Shown here one piece after another: positions 18,592 through 28,053 of a DNA stretch of 58,488 nt. Made by a program: the position numbers and the translations under genes. This DNA is from an uncultured Gemmatimonadota bacterium. GTDB taxonomy: Bacteria; Blakebacterota; Blakebacteria; Blakebacterales; Blakebacteraceae. A model generated the notes under the pieces. The model searched no databases and was not told the DNA's origin. It saw only the letters and a program-made list of their open reading frames with translations. Each line of letters starts with the position of its first letter. The first letter of the stretch is position 1. The DNA is taken from positions 1 to 58,488 of the forward strand of contig CAZNUA010000022.1 in the NCBI GenBank assembly GCA_964576115.1. Reading direction: 5' to 3'.

Positions 18592-19932
18592 ATGTCACGT
18601 GACAGGTGTCGGTACCGAAAGTATCGTAGCGTCTCTATCCATCACGGGCTCCTGTATCTGATTGCCCTCCTCCTCGTTCTGCCCCTGCCCGGCTGCTCGC
18701 GCCGGGCCGGCGATCCCACCGGATCTCTGGTCGAACGACGCACCACCGACGGCACGATCACCACCGTACGGGCGATCTCGGGCTCGGTCTGGGGCGGGCG
18801 GGCTCACCTGGCGGAGGAGGTACGTATCGGAGCCGATGAGGGACCGGAAGGCGATATTCTGAGCAATGTCCGGGCGATCACCTGTGACCGCCATTCCATC
18901 TATGTCCTTGACGGCGGCAACCGGTGTCTGCGGGTCTACGATATGGACGGCCGCCATGTCAGGAATATCGGCCGTCAGGGTCACGGCCCGGGGGAGATGG
19001 ACAATCCCGTGAGCCTGGCCATTCATCCGCACAACGGCACCTTGTTTGTACGGGACGGACGACTCAGACGTATGAATATCTACACCCCCGGCGGCGAGGT
19101 CATCGATCACTGGCAGCTGCCGACCACCTGGCAGTGCAGCCGGCCCTCCTGGTTCGATACCGACGCTGTGCTCTTCACTCCCGAGATCGTCCGGCCTCCG
19201 CAGACTGACATGGATTTCCATCAGGGGGTGTGTTTCGGGTACATCTCGATCGGTCCGGAAGGAGCGCTCGGAGATACCCTGGCACGCCCGGAGACCGATT
19301 TCAGACATGCTCTGGTCGTCTGTCACTATGAAGACGGCGGCTCCAGTGCTCAGGGTGTTCCCTTCACGCCTCGAGTCGTCTGGTCGTGCCGGAATGACCG
19401 ATCGATGGTGTGGGGTATCCCGGAGGACTATCGGTTCGAGATCCGCTCCCCTGACGGTCGTACGGTCATCTGCGAGCGCCCTGAAGTACGCGTTCCGGTC
19501 CTGCCGGAAGAAGCGGAGTGGCACCGGCGCAAGGTAACGGCCAGTATGCGGAGGAACCAACCCGGGTGGGCCTGGAACGGTCCCGAGATCCCCCGCTACA
19601 AGCCGGCGTACTCCGATCTCATCCCCGATCGCAGCGACCGCATCTGGGTCGTGCGGCAGGGACCGGGCGTGTATCACCCTGAGGGTGTCGCGAATCCGTT
19701 GACAAGTGACGGGTACTGGCAGAACCCCCTCTATACCGATTCGACTCTGATCGATGTTTTCGATGGGCAGGGGCACTTTCTCGGTGAAGTCGAGGCATCG
19801 ACGGAGATCAGATTCTGGGGGAACAGCACCTGGATTGAAGACGATACCGTTATCGCCTGTGCCGAAGCCCCGTCGGGGGCGATCGAAGTCGTGCGCTACC
19901 GGCTGGTGCTGCCCGACGGGACTGCGCCGTAG
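18592..19932 (+). CDS. Six-bladed beta-propeller (NHL-like) lipoprotein
   Basis: Lipobox LPGC; IGRQGHGPGEM motif; DRSDRIWV and DVFDGQGHFLG blades. Confidence 0.8.
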   Translation: MSRDRCRYRKYRSVSIHHGLLYLIALLLVLPLPGCSRRAGDPTGSLVERRTTDGTITTVRAISGSVWGGRAHLAEEVRIGADEGPEGDILSNVRAITCDRHSIYVLDGGNRCLRVYDMDGRHVRNIGRQGHGPGEMDNPVSLAIHPHNGTLFVRDGRLRRMNIYTPGGEVIDHWQLPTTWQCSRPSWFDTDAVLFTPEIVRPPQTDMDFHQGVCFGYISIGPEGALGDTLARPETDFRHALVVCHYEDGGSSAQGVPFTPRVVWSCRNDRSMVWGIPEDYRFEIRSPDGRTVICERPEVRVPVLPEEAEWHRRKVTASMRRNQPGWAWNGPEIPRYKPAYSDLIPDRSDRIWVVRQGPGVYHPEGVANPLTSDGYWQNPLYTDSTLIDVFDGQGHFLGEVEASTEIRFWGNSTWIEDDTVIACAEAPSGAIEVVRYRLVLPDGTAP

Positions 19933-20098
19933 CAAAAAGAGATCGGCCGCTTCTTACCCTCGACCGTGTCGGCCCTGCGACCGGCCCGGTCCCCGGCAAC
20001 ACTTTCCTGACAGCCGCCGACAGTATTTGTCAGTCCGATCGCACTCAGGTACAATCCCCTGCCATGCGGCCCCAGAGTCCCTTTCCTGCGAGGAGATC

Positions 20099-23056
20099 AT
20101 GAGAATTCGGACAGCATCCCTCATCGGATCCTGCGTCCTCCTGCTCACCGCCCCCGCCGCGGTCCAGGCGCAGTACCAGGAACAGGTCACCAACCAGCTC
20201 GACGCAGCCAACGGCATCATGAACGAGTCCGGCTTCACGCTCGTCCGCTCCTACCTGACCGGTTCACTCAACGACGACACCTCGGAGCGGGTCGCGCTCG
20301 ACCTGCAGGCGGGGATCGGGTACCAGATCTGGGGGTTCTGCGACAACGACTGCAGCGACCTCGACCTGACCCTCTACGATCCCGGCGGCAATGTCGTCGC
20401 GACCGACGTCGAACTCGATGACACCCCCCTGCTGATCATCACCGCTTCGATGAGCGGCAGCTACTCGCTCGAGGTGAAGATGATCGACTGCAGCGTCTCC
20501 CCCTGTTTCTACGGGGTCGGGCTGTGGTCGAGCGGGGGTGGGGGCGGGGGCGGCGGGACCGGAGGGACGGGAACGACGCAGACATTCTCCGGCCGGCTCG
20601 AGAAGGGCGATGATACTCTCGAGACGGGCGAGTACTTCGACGCTCATTCGATCGAGGTCCAGAGCGGTCAGCACGTAATCGTGGACATGCGCTCGAGCGA
20701 TTTCGACACCTATGTCGGGCTGGGCCCGCCGAGCGATGAGACCATCGAGAACGACGATTACGAGGGCGACACCCACCGTTCCCGGGTCGAAGTCGACGCC
20801 ACCGAGAGCGGCACCTGGATCATCATCGCCACCTCCTACGAGGCCGGGGAAACCGGCGCCTACACCGTGACGGTGACGATCTCGGGCGGCAGTGCGGGCA
20901 AGCCGGGAGCCGAACAGGCGGGCGGGCAGACCTACACCGGACGCCTCGAGAGCGGAGACACGACCCTGACCAGCGGGGAGTACTATGACTCCTTCACCTT
21001 CACCGCCAGCGCCGGGCAGCATCTGATCGTCCAGATGCAGTCGGGCGACTTCGACACCTACCTCGGGGTGCGCTCCCCGACCGGCGAGAAATACGACAAC
21101 GACGATCACGAGGGGAGTACCAGCCGGAGCCAGGTCGAGATCGACCTGGCCGAATCGGGCACCTGGACCATCCTGGCGACCTCGTATTCAGAGGGGATGA
21201 CCGGCGCCTACACCGTGACCTACTCGCTCTCGGGCGCGGGCGGGGGCGGCTCGGAGGGCGACCGTTTCGAGGCAGGCACCCTGGCCGGCGGCGATCAGAC
21301 CCTCTCGTCGGGCGAGTACGTCGATAAGTACACCTACAGCGGCCGGCAGGGGGAAACGGTCACCTTCGACCTGCGTTCGACCGCCTTCGACCCCTATCTC
21401 ATCGTGCGCTCCCCCAGCGGCGACCAGAACGACAACGACGATTTCGAGGGCAGCCGCACCCGCTCCCTGCTCTCGCTCACTCTCGAAGAGAGCGGTGAGT
21501 GGGATGTCTGGGTGACCTCGTACGAACCGGGTGAAACCGGGGCCTACGATCTGCGCATCACCCGGGCGGGAGCCGGCGGTGGAAGCGGTGGGACCGGCTT
21601 CGGCGACCGGACCGAGCGGGGCAGTCTCGCCGCCGGCGACCAGACCCTGGAGACGGGGGAGTACGCCGACATTATCTCCTTCGAGGGCGCGCCCGGCCGG
21701 CACGTGCAGGTCGACCTGACCTCGTCGGCCTTCGACACCTACCTGATCGTGGCCGGTCCCGGTGAGGACCGGGGCGAGAACGACGACCACGAGGGGAGCA
21801 CCAGCCAGAGCCGGGTCGAACTCGACATGACCGAGACCGGCACCTACCGGGCGGTGGTGACCTCGTACGCGGCGGGCGAGACGGGGGACTACGAACTCAG
21901 CATCACCTACGGCGGGAGGGGTGACGACGAGCGCTACGATGTCTCGCGCATCTCGATGGGGGGCAGCGCCTCGGGCAGCCTCTCCTCGGGCGATGCGACC
22001 CTCGATTCGGGGGAGTACCGCGACCTGATCGCCTTCGACGGCCAGGCCGGCCAGAGTGTGGCGGTCGACATGACCTCATCGGACTTCGACACCTACCTGG
22101 CCCTGCTCACCCCCGATGATGAGACCCTGCAGAACGACGATTACGAGGGGAGCACCAGCCGCTCCCGGATCGAACTGACCCTGCCGAGTTCGGGGCGCTA
22201 CGTCATCATCGCGACTTCGTACGCCGCCGGCGAGACCGGCACCTACCAGGTCTCGCTCTCCTCCTCGGCCGGGCCGGCACCCGGCCCCGCTCCGGGACCC
22301 TCGGGGGGAGGCAATGTCTACGGCATCTTCATGGGGATCAGCGACTACCCCGGCTCGGGCTCCGACCTGCCCTACTGCGCCGAGGACGCCTCCAATCTGG
22401 CGGCGGCGATGACCCGGGGGGTGGGGATGAGCACGGCCAACTCGATCCTGCTGACCGATTCCCAGGCCACCACCGGCAACTTCCGCAATGCGCTCGACAC
22501 CATGGCCGGCCGGGTCGGCCCCGACGACGTCCTGGTCATCTTCTACTCCGGCCACGGTTCCCGGGTGGACCGTAGCGGGGGGTACGAACAGGCCGACCCC
22601 GACGGCAAGGACGAGACCCTCTACCTCTACGACGGGCATCTGTTCGACAACGAGATGAGCGAACTGCTCGATACGGTCAACGCCGGCACCACCCTGCTCG
22701 TGCTCGACGCCTGCTTCAGCGGCGGGTTCGCCAAGGACGTCATCTCCCGCCCCGGGCGGATGGGGCTCTTCAGCTCCGAAGAGGATGTCACCTCGATGGT
22801 GGCCGGCAAGTTCACCGCCGGGGGCTACCTGGCCTACTTCATCGCCGAAGCGGTGGGAGAGAAACTGGCCGACGAGGACCAGAACGGCGAGATCACCGCT
22901 CTGGAACTGAGCCAGTACATCTACGAGCGCTACCGCACCGACGTCAAGTCGGGGGGTGCCGAGGACTACGTGAGCCTGAGCGCCCGGCAGCTCGGCTACC
23001 AGCACCTGGTGGTGGACCGGGGCAGTATCGGCCCCTTCCAGGTGATTTTCCGCTAG
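20099..23056 (+). CDS. Secreted protein with tandem PPC (pre-peptidase C-terminal) repeats and a C-terminal caspase-like (C14) domain
   Basis: AGGAG RBS and signal peptide ending AVQA; N-terminal CDNDCSDLDL domain; five repeats GxL..GD.TL..GEY.D...S.DFD.YL...NDD.EG...SR...TSY..GETG.Y; dyad FYSGHG / LDACFSGG. Confidence 0.85.
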   Translation: MRIRTASLIGSCVLLLTAPAAVQAQYQEQVTNQLDAANGIMNESGFTLVRSYLTGSLNDDTSERVALDLQAGIGYQIWGFCDNDCSDLDLTLYDPGGNVVATDVELDDTPLLIITASMSGSYSLEVKMIDCSVSPCFYGVGLWSSGGGGGGGGTGGTGTTQTFSGRLEKGDDTLETGEYFDAHSIEVQSGQHVIVDMRSSDFDTYVGLGPPSDETIENDDYEGDTHRSRVEVDATESGTWIIIATSYEAGETGAYTVTVTISGGSAGKPGAEQAGGQTYTGRLESGDTTLTSGEYYDSFTFTASAGQHLIVQMQSGDFDTYLGVRSPTGEKYDNDDHEGSTSRSQVEIDLAESGTWTILATSYSEGMTGAYTVTYSLSGAGGGGSEGDRFEAGTLAGGDQTLSSGEYVDKYTYSGRQGETVTFDLRSTAFDPYLIVRSPSGDQNDNDDFEGSRTRSLLSLTLEESGEWDVWVTSYEPGETGAYDLRITRAGAGGGSGGTGFGDRTERGSLAAGDQTLETGEYADIISFEGAPGRHVQVDLTSSAFDTYLIVAGPGEDRGENDDHEGSTSQSRVELDMTETGTYRAVVTSYAAGETGDYELSITYGGRGDDERYDVSRISMGGSASGSLSSGDATLDSGEYRDLIAFDGQAGQSVAVDMTSSDFDTYLALLTPDDETLQNDDYEGSTSRSRIELTLPSSGRYVIIATSYAAGETGTYQVSLSSSAGPAPGPAPGPSGGGNVYGIFMGISDYPGSGSDLPYCAEDASNLAAAMTRGVGMSTANSILLTDSQATTGNFRNALDTMAGRVGPDDVLVIFYSGHGSRVDRSGGYEQADPDGKDETLYLYDGHLFDNEMSELLDTVNAGTTLLVLDACFSGGFAKDVISRPGRMGLFSSEEDVTSMVAGKFTAGGYLAYFIAEAVGEKLADEDQNGEITALELSQYIYERYRTDVKSGGAEDYVSLSARQLGYQHLVVDRGSIGPFQVIFR

Positions 23057-23080
23057 ATCCCGGAAGCCCCTGAAATAACA

Positions 23081-23124
23081 GGCCGGCGGCCGATCCGCAG
23101 TGGATCGGTCGCCGGCCGTATTTT
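23081..23124 (+). terminator. Long hairpin, probable intrinsic terminator
   Basis: GGCCGGCGGCCGATCC-GCAGT-GGATCGGTCGCCGGCC (16-bp stem, one G-U pair) followed by GTATTTT, just after the caspase-like gene. Confidence 0.55.
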
Positions 23125-23209
23125 GGGCGAACATCCGGCTCAGGATACCGTTATCTTCCGCAGAGACCGGAGGTTCACGAATCGATCGCCGGAACGAAAG
23201 GACTCGACC

Positions 23210-24406
23210 GTGCCGCTCCCGACCGTCCGTCGCTCCCTGCTTCCGCTGGTGTTTCTCATCACCGTCACGCTTCTGCCCCCGTTCGCTACTCCAGCCCGGG
23301 CCCAGGTCGGCCGGAGCGATCTCGAATCGGGGGTCGCCGATGCCCTCGAGCGGATCACGGTCCGCTCGCTCAGGGGGCACCTTTTCTTCCTGGCTTCCGA
23401 CGAGCTGCAGGGACGCGACACGCCCTCGCCGGGACTCGATATCGCCGCCCGGTACCTGGCCACCCAGTTCGAACGGATCGGTCTGGAGCCGGCCGGGGAC
23501 GACGGCTATTTCCAGACATCGCCGGGTTGGGTGACCGATGTCAGGGATCGTACCTACCCCCCACGCGGGGGTGGCGAGCCGCGGGTCGTCCCTTTCCGGC
23601 CGCCGGTCCCGGTCGAACAGGCTCAGAATCCGGTCGGCGAGCCCTACTCCCTGCGCAACGTGGCCGGTATCCTGCGCGGCTCCGACCCGGCGCGGCACGA
23701 CAGCTGGATCCTGGTGACCGCCCACTACGATCACGTCGGAATCCGTTCGGGAGCGTATCCCGACAGTATCTGCAACGGCGCCAACGATAACGGCTCGAGC
23801 ACGGTGGCCCTGATCGAACTGGCCCACGCCCTGATGCCGCTGCGCTCGTCACTGGATCGCAGCATCCTCTTCCTGGCCGTTTTCGGCGAAGAGAAAGGCA
23901 TGCTCGGCTCCACCTGGTACGTGAACCATCCCCTGGTGCCGCTCGAGCACACGGTGGGGGTGCTGAACCTGGAACAGATCGGCCGGACAGACGGCGACGG
24001 CGGCCTTCACGAGATGAGCGCCTCTTTCACCGGGCACGATTACTCGACTCTGCCGCAGTTCTTCGTACGGGCCGGCGAGGAACTGGGTGTCGAGGTCTAC
24101 AAGCACGAGCAGAACTCCGACCGGTACTTCACGGCCAGCGACAACGGTCCCTTCGCCCGGGCAGGAATCCCCGCCCATACCGCCTGCACCCTGTTCAGTT
24201 ACGAGGGGTACCATCAGCCGGGAGACAATCCCGACCTGATCGACTACGAGAACATGGCCCGGGTGGTGAGGATGCTGGCTCTGGGCCTCATCGGACTTGC
24301 CACGGCCGACGAGGTGCCCCGCTGGAACGAGTCGCTCGAGCGGACCGCCCCCTTCATCGAAGCCTGGCGGACCCTGACCGGAGGCACACCTCCCCCCCGG
24401 CCCTGA
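23210..24406 (+). CDS. M28 family metallopeptidase (exported)
   Basis: LASDELQGR, AHYDHVG, GANDNGS, GEEKGMLGS, NLEQIGR, SDN and YHQPGD motifs; GTG start after AAAGGA. Confidence 0.9.
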   Translation: MPLPTVRRSLLPLVFLITVTLLPPFATPARAQVGRSDLESGVADALERITVRSLRGHLFFLASDELQGRDTPSPGLDIAARYLATQFERIGLEPAGDDGYFQTSPGWVTDVRDRTYPPRGGGEPRVVPFRPPVPVEQAQNPVGEPYSLRNVAGILRGSDPARHDSWILVTAHYDHVGIRSGAYPDSICNGANDNGSSTVALIELAHALMPLRSSLDRSILFLAVFGEEKGMLGSTWYVNHPLVPLEHTVGVLNLEQIGRTDGDGGLHEMSASFTGHDYSTLPQFFVRAGEELGVEVYKHEQNSDRYFTASDNGPFARAGIPAHTACTLFSYEGYHQPGDNPDLIDYENMARVVRMLALGLIGLATADEVPRWNESLERTAPFIEAWRTLTGGTPPPRP

Positions 24407-24413
24407 GGAATTC

Positions 24414-24454
24414 TGTCCCCCTGCCGTGACAGATACTGTCCTGTCCCGGGGACA
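24414..24454. promoter_or_regulatory. Tandem TGTC-N10-GACA dyads, candidate enhancer (bEBP) sites
   Basis: TGTC-CCCCTGCCGT-GACA (24414-24431) and TGTC-CTGTCCCGGG-GACA (24437-24454), 140-180 bp upstream of a sigma54 consensus. Confidence 0.45.
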
Positions 24455-24595
24455 CAGGCATTCCGCAACCGGCCGTCCCGCTCCCCCGGCCGCCCTCCGA
24501 TAAGGCCTGGCCGCACCCTCTCCCGGTGTATTTTCCCGCGTCCGGGCGGGATCGGACCAGTTCGGGCGGTTCGGTCCCCTTTCTCTACCACCTGC

Positions 24596-24611
24596 TGGCA
24601 CATCTCTTGCT
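24596..24611 (+). promoter_or_regulatory. Sigma54 (-24/-12) promoter
   Basis: TGGCAC-ATCTC-TTGCT, an exact match to TGGCAC-N5-TTGCW, in a 300-bp intergenic region upstream of 24705. Confidence 0.75.
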
Positions 24612-24704
24612 TTACTGTCGAACTGCAGCAGGTGGGGACAATCGGCGCCGTCAGGCGTCGGCGTGTGAACGCAACACCACTCGTAGGACCCCTGGGACTG
24701 CCCG

Positions 24705-25261
24705 ATGAACGCTCACAGGAACACATCGGATGAAAACCGGGATGCGGCCTACCTCGGCGGGATCGTCATCCTCTTCGCCCTGATCATCGTCCTGATGTTC
24801 CTGACCGGTTGCGCGGCACCGTACACGACCCGTTCGCTCATGAGTGAGGCACCCTTCATCGTCGACTTCGATGAAGGCACTCATTGGACCTTCCTGCGCA
24901 CCGAAAGCGGGGTGGAGCAGAGCCTCCGGTCCCCCCCTCTCGACACCCTCGATATCTGGGTCGAGGAGGTCCTGGCTCCGCCCCGCAACCCGATCATGAT
25001 GGAACCCCTGCTCAACCGCCCCGAGCTGGCTCCCCCGACACCACCGGGAGCGGGATTCTACCTGCCGGCGGCGGTCCCGGCCGATACGCTCGATCTGCTC
25101 GAGCCCCTGTTCGTCCAGACCACCGGCCCGGCAGCGAGCCCGATTTCTCCACCTACCGCGAATACTGGTCTCCCGGAGTGGGGCTGGTCGCCTGGTACGA
25201 TTTCCGCCCCGAGGGCGACGGCTACTGGGTACTGAGCGCCTGGGGTCGGGAAACGCCCTAG
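24705..25261 (+). pseudogene. Lipoprotein of unknown function, apparently frameshifted near 25110-25130
   Basis: The frame from 24705 has lipobox LTGC and VPADTLD. A plausible C-terminus (YREYWSPGVGLVAWYDF...YWVLSAW, stop at 25261) lies in the -1 frame. Confidence 0.55.
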
Positions 25262-25375
25262 TACCCTGTCAGGCAGGATACGTTTTCCTTCCCTCGCTTC
25301 TTTACCGAGAACATTGACACCGCGGCCGGAGCGGCGTACTTCTTCCAGACGCACCTCCAGAGCGGCGGTGAGCGC

Positions 25376-26320
25376 GTGACCGAGACGGCTGCAGGAACAG
25401 AAGCGAACGAAACCCGCCCGGGGGAAGCATCCGTTTCGCCGGGTCTTTTCGTCACGACCAGCGGCGGGGTACTCTTCTGCCGTTCCGGAACCGGCGCGAT
25501 CGATTCGATTGTGGAGAGCGGCAGTCGCCGCTGGACCGGCTTCTTCGGTATCGCCCGCCACCCGCGGACCGGAACGATCTTCGCCGCCTGCCGGGCGCGC
25601 CTGGGTACCCGCCGGGTCCGCAAGCATTCGACCGATGTGATCCTGTACGCGATCGATCCCCTGACGCATGAGGCCGAACCCGTCGCCGAGATCCCCGACG
25701 TGCACGACGTTCATCAGATCGAGGTCGGCGACGAACATGTCTTTCTGACCGACACCGGCCTGAACCGGATTCACCTCTGGGATCTCGAGGCGGGGAAAAC
25801 CGTGCGGATCGTCGAGGTGGGCGGGGAACGGGACGATATCAACCACCTCAACGCCCTGCTCCTCACCCCGGACGACCTGCTGGTCGGGATGAACAACCGC
25901 GGCCGGGAACCGGCCGCCGTCATGCGGCTGCCGCTGTCAGCCCTCAGCGGCGATACAGAGTTCGGGGATGTGATCATCCGGGCCGGGGAGATCGGGCGTG
26001 TCACCCCTCTGCCCGGCTTCGAGCACACGCACGATCTGGAACCATGGCGGGGCGAGATCCTGGCCTGCGCTTCGCACCACGGAACGGTTCTGCGGACCGC
26101 TCCACCCGGCGTCCTTTTCTCACCCGGCGGCTGGGTGCGCGGACTGACTGCCGACGGCGAGGATCTCTGGGTGGGAATCAGCGCTCCGGCCGAGCGAGCC
26201 GACCGTCACAGCCGCTCGCTCGATGGACAGGTACGCCGCTACCGGGGAGGAGTATGGACCGAGCAGCAGCGGATCGCCCTGCCCGGTGTCGGACAGGTGC
26301 ACGATCTGCTGCGGCAGTGA
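25376..26320 (+). CDS. Beta-propeller protein (DUF4915-like)
   Basis: DVHDVHQI, HLNAL, HTHDL, GWVRGL....LWVGIS and QVHDL blade motifs. Confidence 0.65.
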   Translation: MTETAAGTEANETRPGEASVSPGLFVTTSGGVLFCRSGTGAIDSIVESGSRRWTGFFGIARHPRTGTIFAACRARLGTRRVRKHSTDVILYAIDPLTHEAEPVAEIPDVHDVHQIEVGDEHVFLTDTGLNRIHLWDLEAGKTVRIVEVGGERDDINHLNALLLTPDDLLVGMNNRGREPAAVMRLPLSALSGDTEFGDVIIRAGEIGRVTPLPGFEHTHDLEPWRGEILACASHHGTVLRTAPPGVLFSPGGWVRGLTADGEDLWVGISAPAERADRHSRSLDGQVRRYRGGVWTEQQRIALPGVGQVHDLLRQ

Positions 26321-26347
26321 GCCCCTGACAACCGGTCCGTGCTGCAA

Positions 26348-27454
26348 TCACGTCCGGCGGTTGTGCCACTGCCGGAGCAGTTCGACCTCCCGTTCGGCCC
26401 TCAAACCCCTTTGCAGACGGGTCTGCTCCGACTCGGGCCGGGTGTGGTGCCACGCCAGGGTCTCCCGGGCGGTGACGGCGAGAGGCCGGTAGGTGATACC
26501 GGTCTCAGCGATGCGGCTCAGATCGAAGCGGTTGAAACCCCTGGTGGTATCGGTCACGGGCATCCAGAGCGGCATGTCGGTATAGGCCCGCACCCCCCGC
26601 TCGAGCAGGAAGTCGGTCTCGACCCAGGTAAAACCGGCCGAAGACCCGATTCCGGCCTGAATACCGTCGAGCAGACCCCGGAAATCGAGCGGTTCGGCGG
26701 GACCCAGACCCATGTAGACGCCCCGCACGCCCTGCTCGAGCAGGCGGATGTACCACTCGGAGAGGTCACGGGCATCGATGAACATGACCGGAGTCGCCGG
26801 ATCTCCCGGGGCCAGAACCTCTCCGCCGCGTTCCAGACGTACCGGCCAGTATGTGAACCGGTCGCTGCGGTCCCGGGGCCCCACAATCAGCCCGGGTCTG
26901 ACGATGAGGTGGTTGTCGGGAAAATATGCCAGGACCTCTTTTTCGGCCGTGGCCTTCTGCAGCCCGTAGTGCATGTCCCCCTCGTCCGCCTCGGTCCATT
27001 CCCCCTCGAATTCGTAGACCGGCGCATCGAGGGCCGTCATCCCGATCCGGCTCAGATCGGAGATGGTCGAACGGGTCGAAGTGAAGAGATAGACCCCGAC
27101 CGAATCCCGCAGCAGAGCCGCCGAACGATGCACCCAGCTCGGATAGGTGGCCGAATTGTCGATCACGGCGTCCCACTCCCGGCCTTCGAGGGCACTGAGA
27201 TCATCCCGCCGATCCCCGACGAGTTTCTCCACCTCGGGAAAGAGCTGCGGATTGGTATGGCCCCGGTTGAAGAGGGTGATCTCGTGCCCCCGGGCCAGGG
27301 CGTATTCGACCTGGGGCGGGCCGATGAAGCTGGTGCCCCCCAGGATGAGGATCTTCAGCGGGCGCGGCGAAGCGGTACAGCCCGTCACTGTGAAAGCCAG
27401 TGAAGCGGCGGCACAGGAGGAAGTCTGCAGGAAGTCACGGCGGGTGGGAGACAT
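26348..27454 (-). CDS. NAD-dependent epimerase/dehydratase (atypical SDR) with Tat signal
   Basis: TRRDFL twin-arginine leader; ILILGGTSFIG Rossmann motif; YGLQK; RPGLIVGP; DRFTYWP; IDARDL. Confidence 0.88.
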   Translation of the reverse strand: MSPTRRDFLQTSSCAAASLAFTVTGCTASPRPLKILILGGTSFIGPPQVEYALARGHEITLFNRGHTNPQLFPEVEKLVGDRRDDLSALEGREWDAVIDNSATYPSWVHRSAALLRDSVGVYLFTSTRSTISDLSRIGMTALDAPVYEFEGEWTEADEGDMHYGLQKATAEKEVLAYFPDNHLIVRPGLIVGPRDRSDRFTYWPVRLERGGEVLAPGDPATPVMFIDARDLSEWYIRLLEQGVRGVYMGLGPAEPLDFRGLLDGIQAGIGSSAGFTWVETDFLLERGVRAYTDMPLWMPVTDTTRGFNRFDLSRIAETGITYRPLAVTARETLAWHHTRPESEQTRLQRGLRAEREVELLRQWHNRRT

Positions 27455-27461
27455 GGGCTTT

Positions 27462-28028
27462 CTACCTCGTATGCAGGGGGATGATCTCGGAATCGGTCAC
27501 TGCAATCAGGGTGCGCTGGGAATCGCGGGCCTCGGCAACGAGCAGGAAGACCTCGGGCTCGGGCCGCAGCCAGGACAGAAAAATCCACTCCTGCCGGAGA
27601 GGATCGGAGGGCAGGGGCACATACTCGGCCAGGTGCGTGCGCAGATCGGCGAAGGTGGTGATTTCATCGGCGGCGGGATAGCCGAGCCGATCCTCTTGTA
27701 CCCGCTGCATGACGAGAGCGCTGCGGACGTTGCGCAGAGAACCCATGGCGGCCGCCAGCCGGGCCCCGTCACGGGCCGCCTCGATATCGCTGCGGGCCGG
27801 TCGGGGCGCCGGATCGAGCTCCAGCGTAGCGTACTCCGAACCCGGTTCGAGCCGCAGCCCCATCACGCCGAGCACGGCCGTGGCCCGCCGCACCGCAAAG
27901 GAGTACTCACGCACCTCTTGACGTACATCCTGCATCTGGATGAAAAGGGCGCCCGAGACGACCAGGCTCACGATCGCCACCCCGAAAGCCAGCGCCAGGG
28001 AGGTGGTGGAGGGATGGTCCTCGCTCAT
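27462..28028 (-). CDS. Hypothetical single-pass membrane protein
   Basis: One N-terminal TM helix; AGGAG-like RBS; packed tightly between co-oriented genes. Confidence 0.6.
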   Translation of the reverse strand: MSEDHPSTTSLALAFGVAIVSLVVSGALFIQMQDVRQEVREYSFAVRRATAVLGVMGLRLEPGSEYATLELDPAPRPARSDIEAARDGARLAAAMGSLRNVRSALVMQRVQEDRLGYPAADEITTFADLRTHLAEYVPLPSDPLRQEWIFLSWLRPEPEVFLLVAEARDSQRTLIAVTDSEIIPLHTR

Positions 28029-28053
28029 GAGAATGACTCCAATCCGGGGTTCG

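Noticed and set aside
18595-19935. 446-aa minus-strand ORF mirroring the propeller gene
   Set aside because: In-register antisense ORF typical of high-GC DNA; no recognisable motifs.
20570-22260. Recurring nucleotide repeats (ttcgacaccta, aacgacga..acgaggg)
   Set aside because: These are in-frame PPC domain repeats about 330-360 bp apart, not a CRISPR array. No cas or reverse transcriptase gene was seen.
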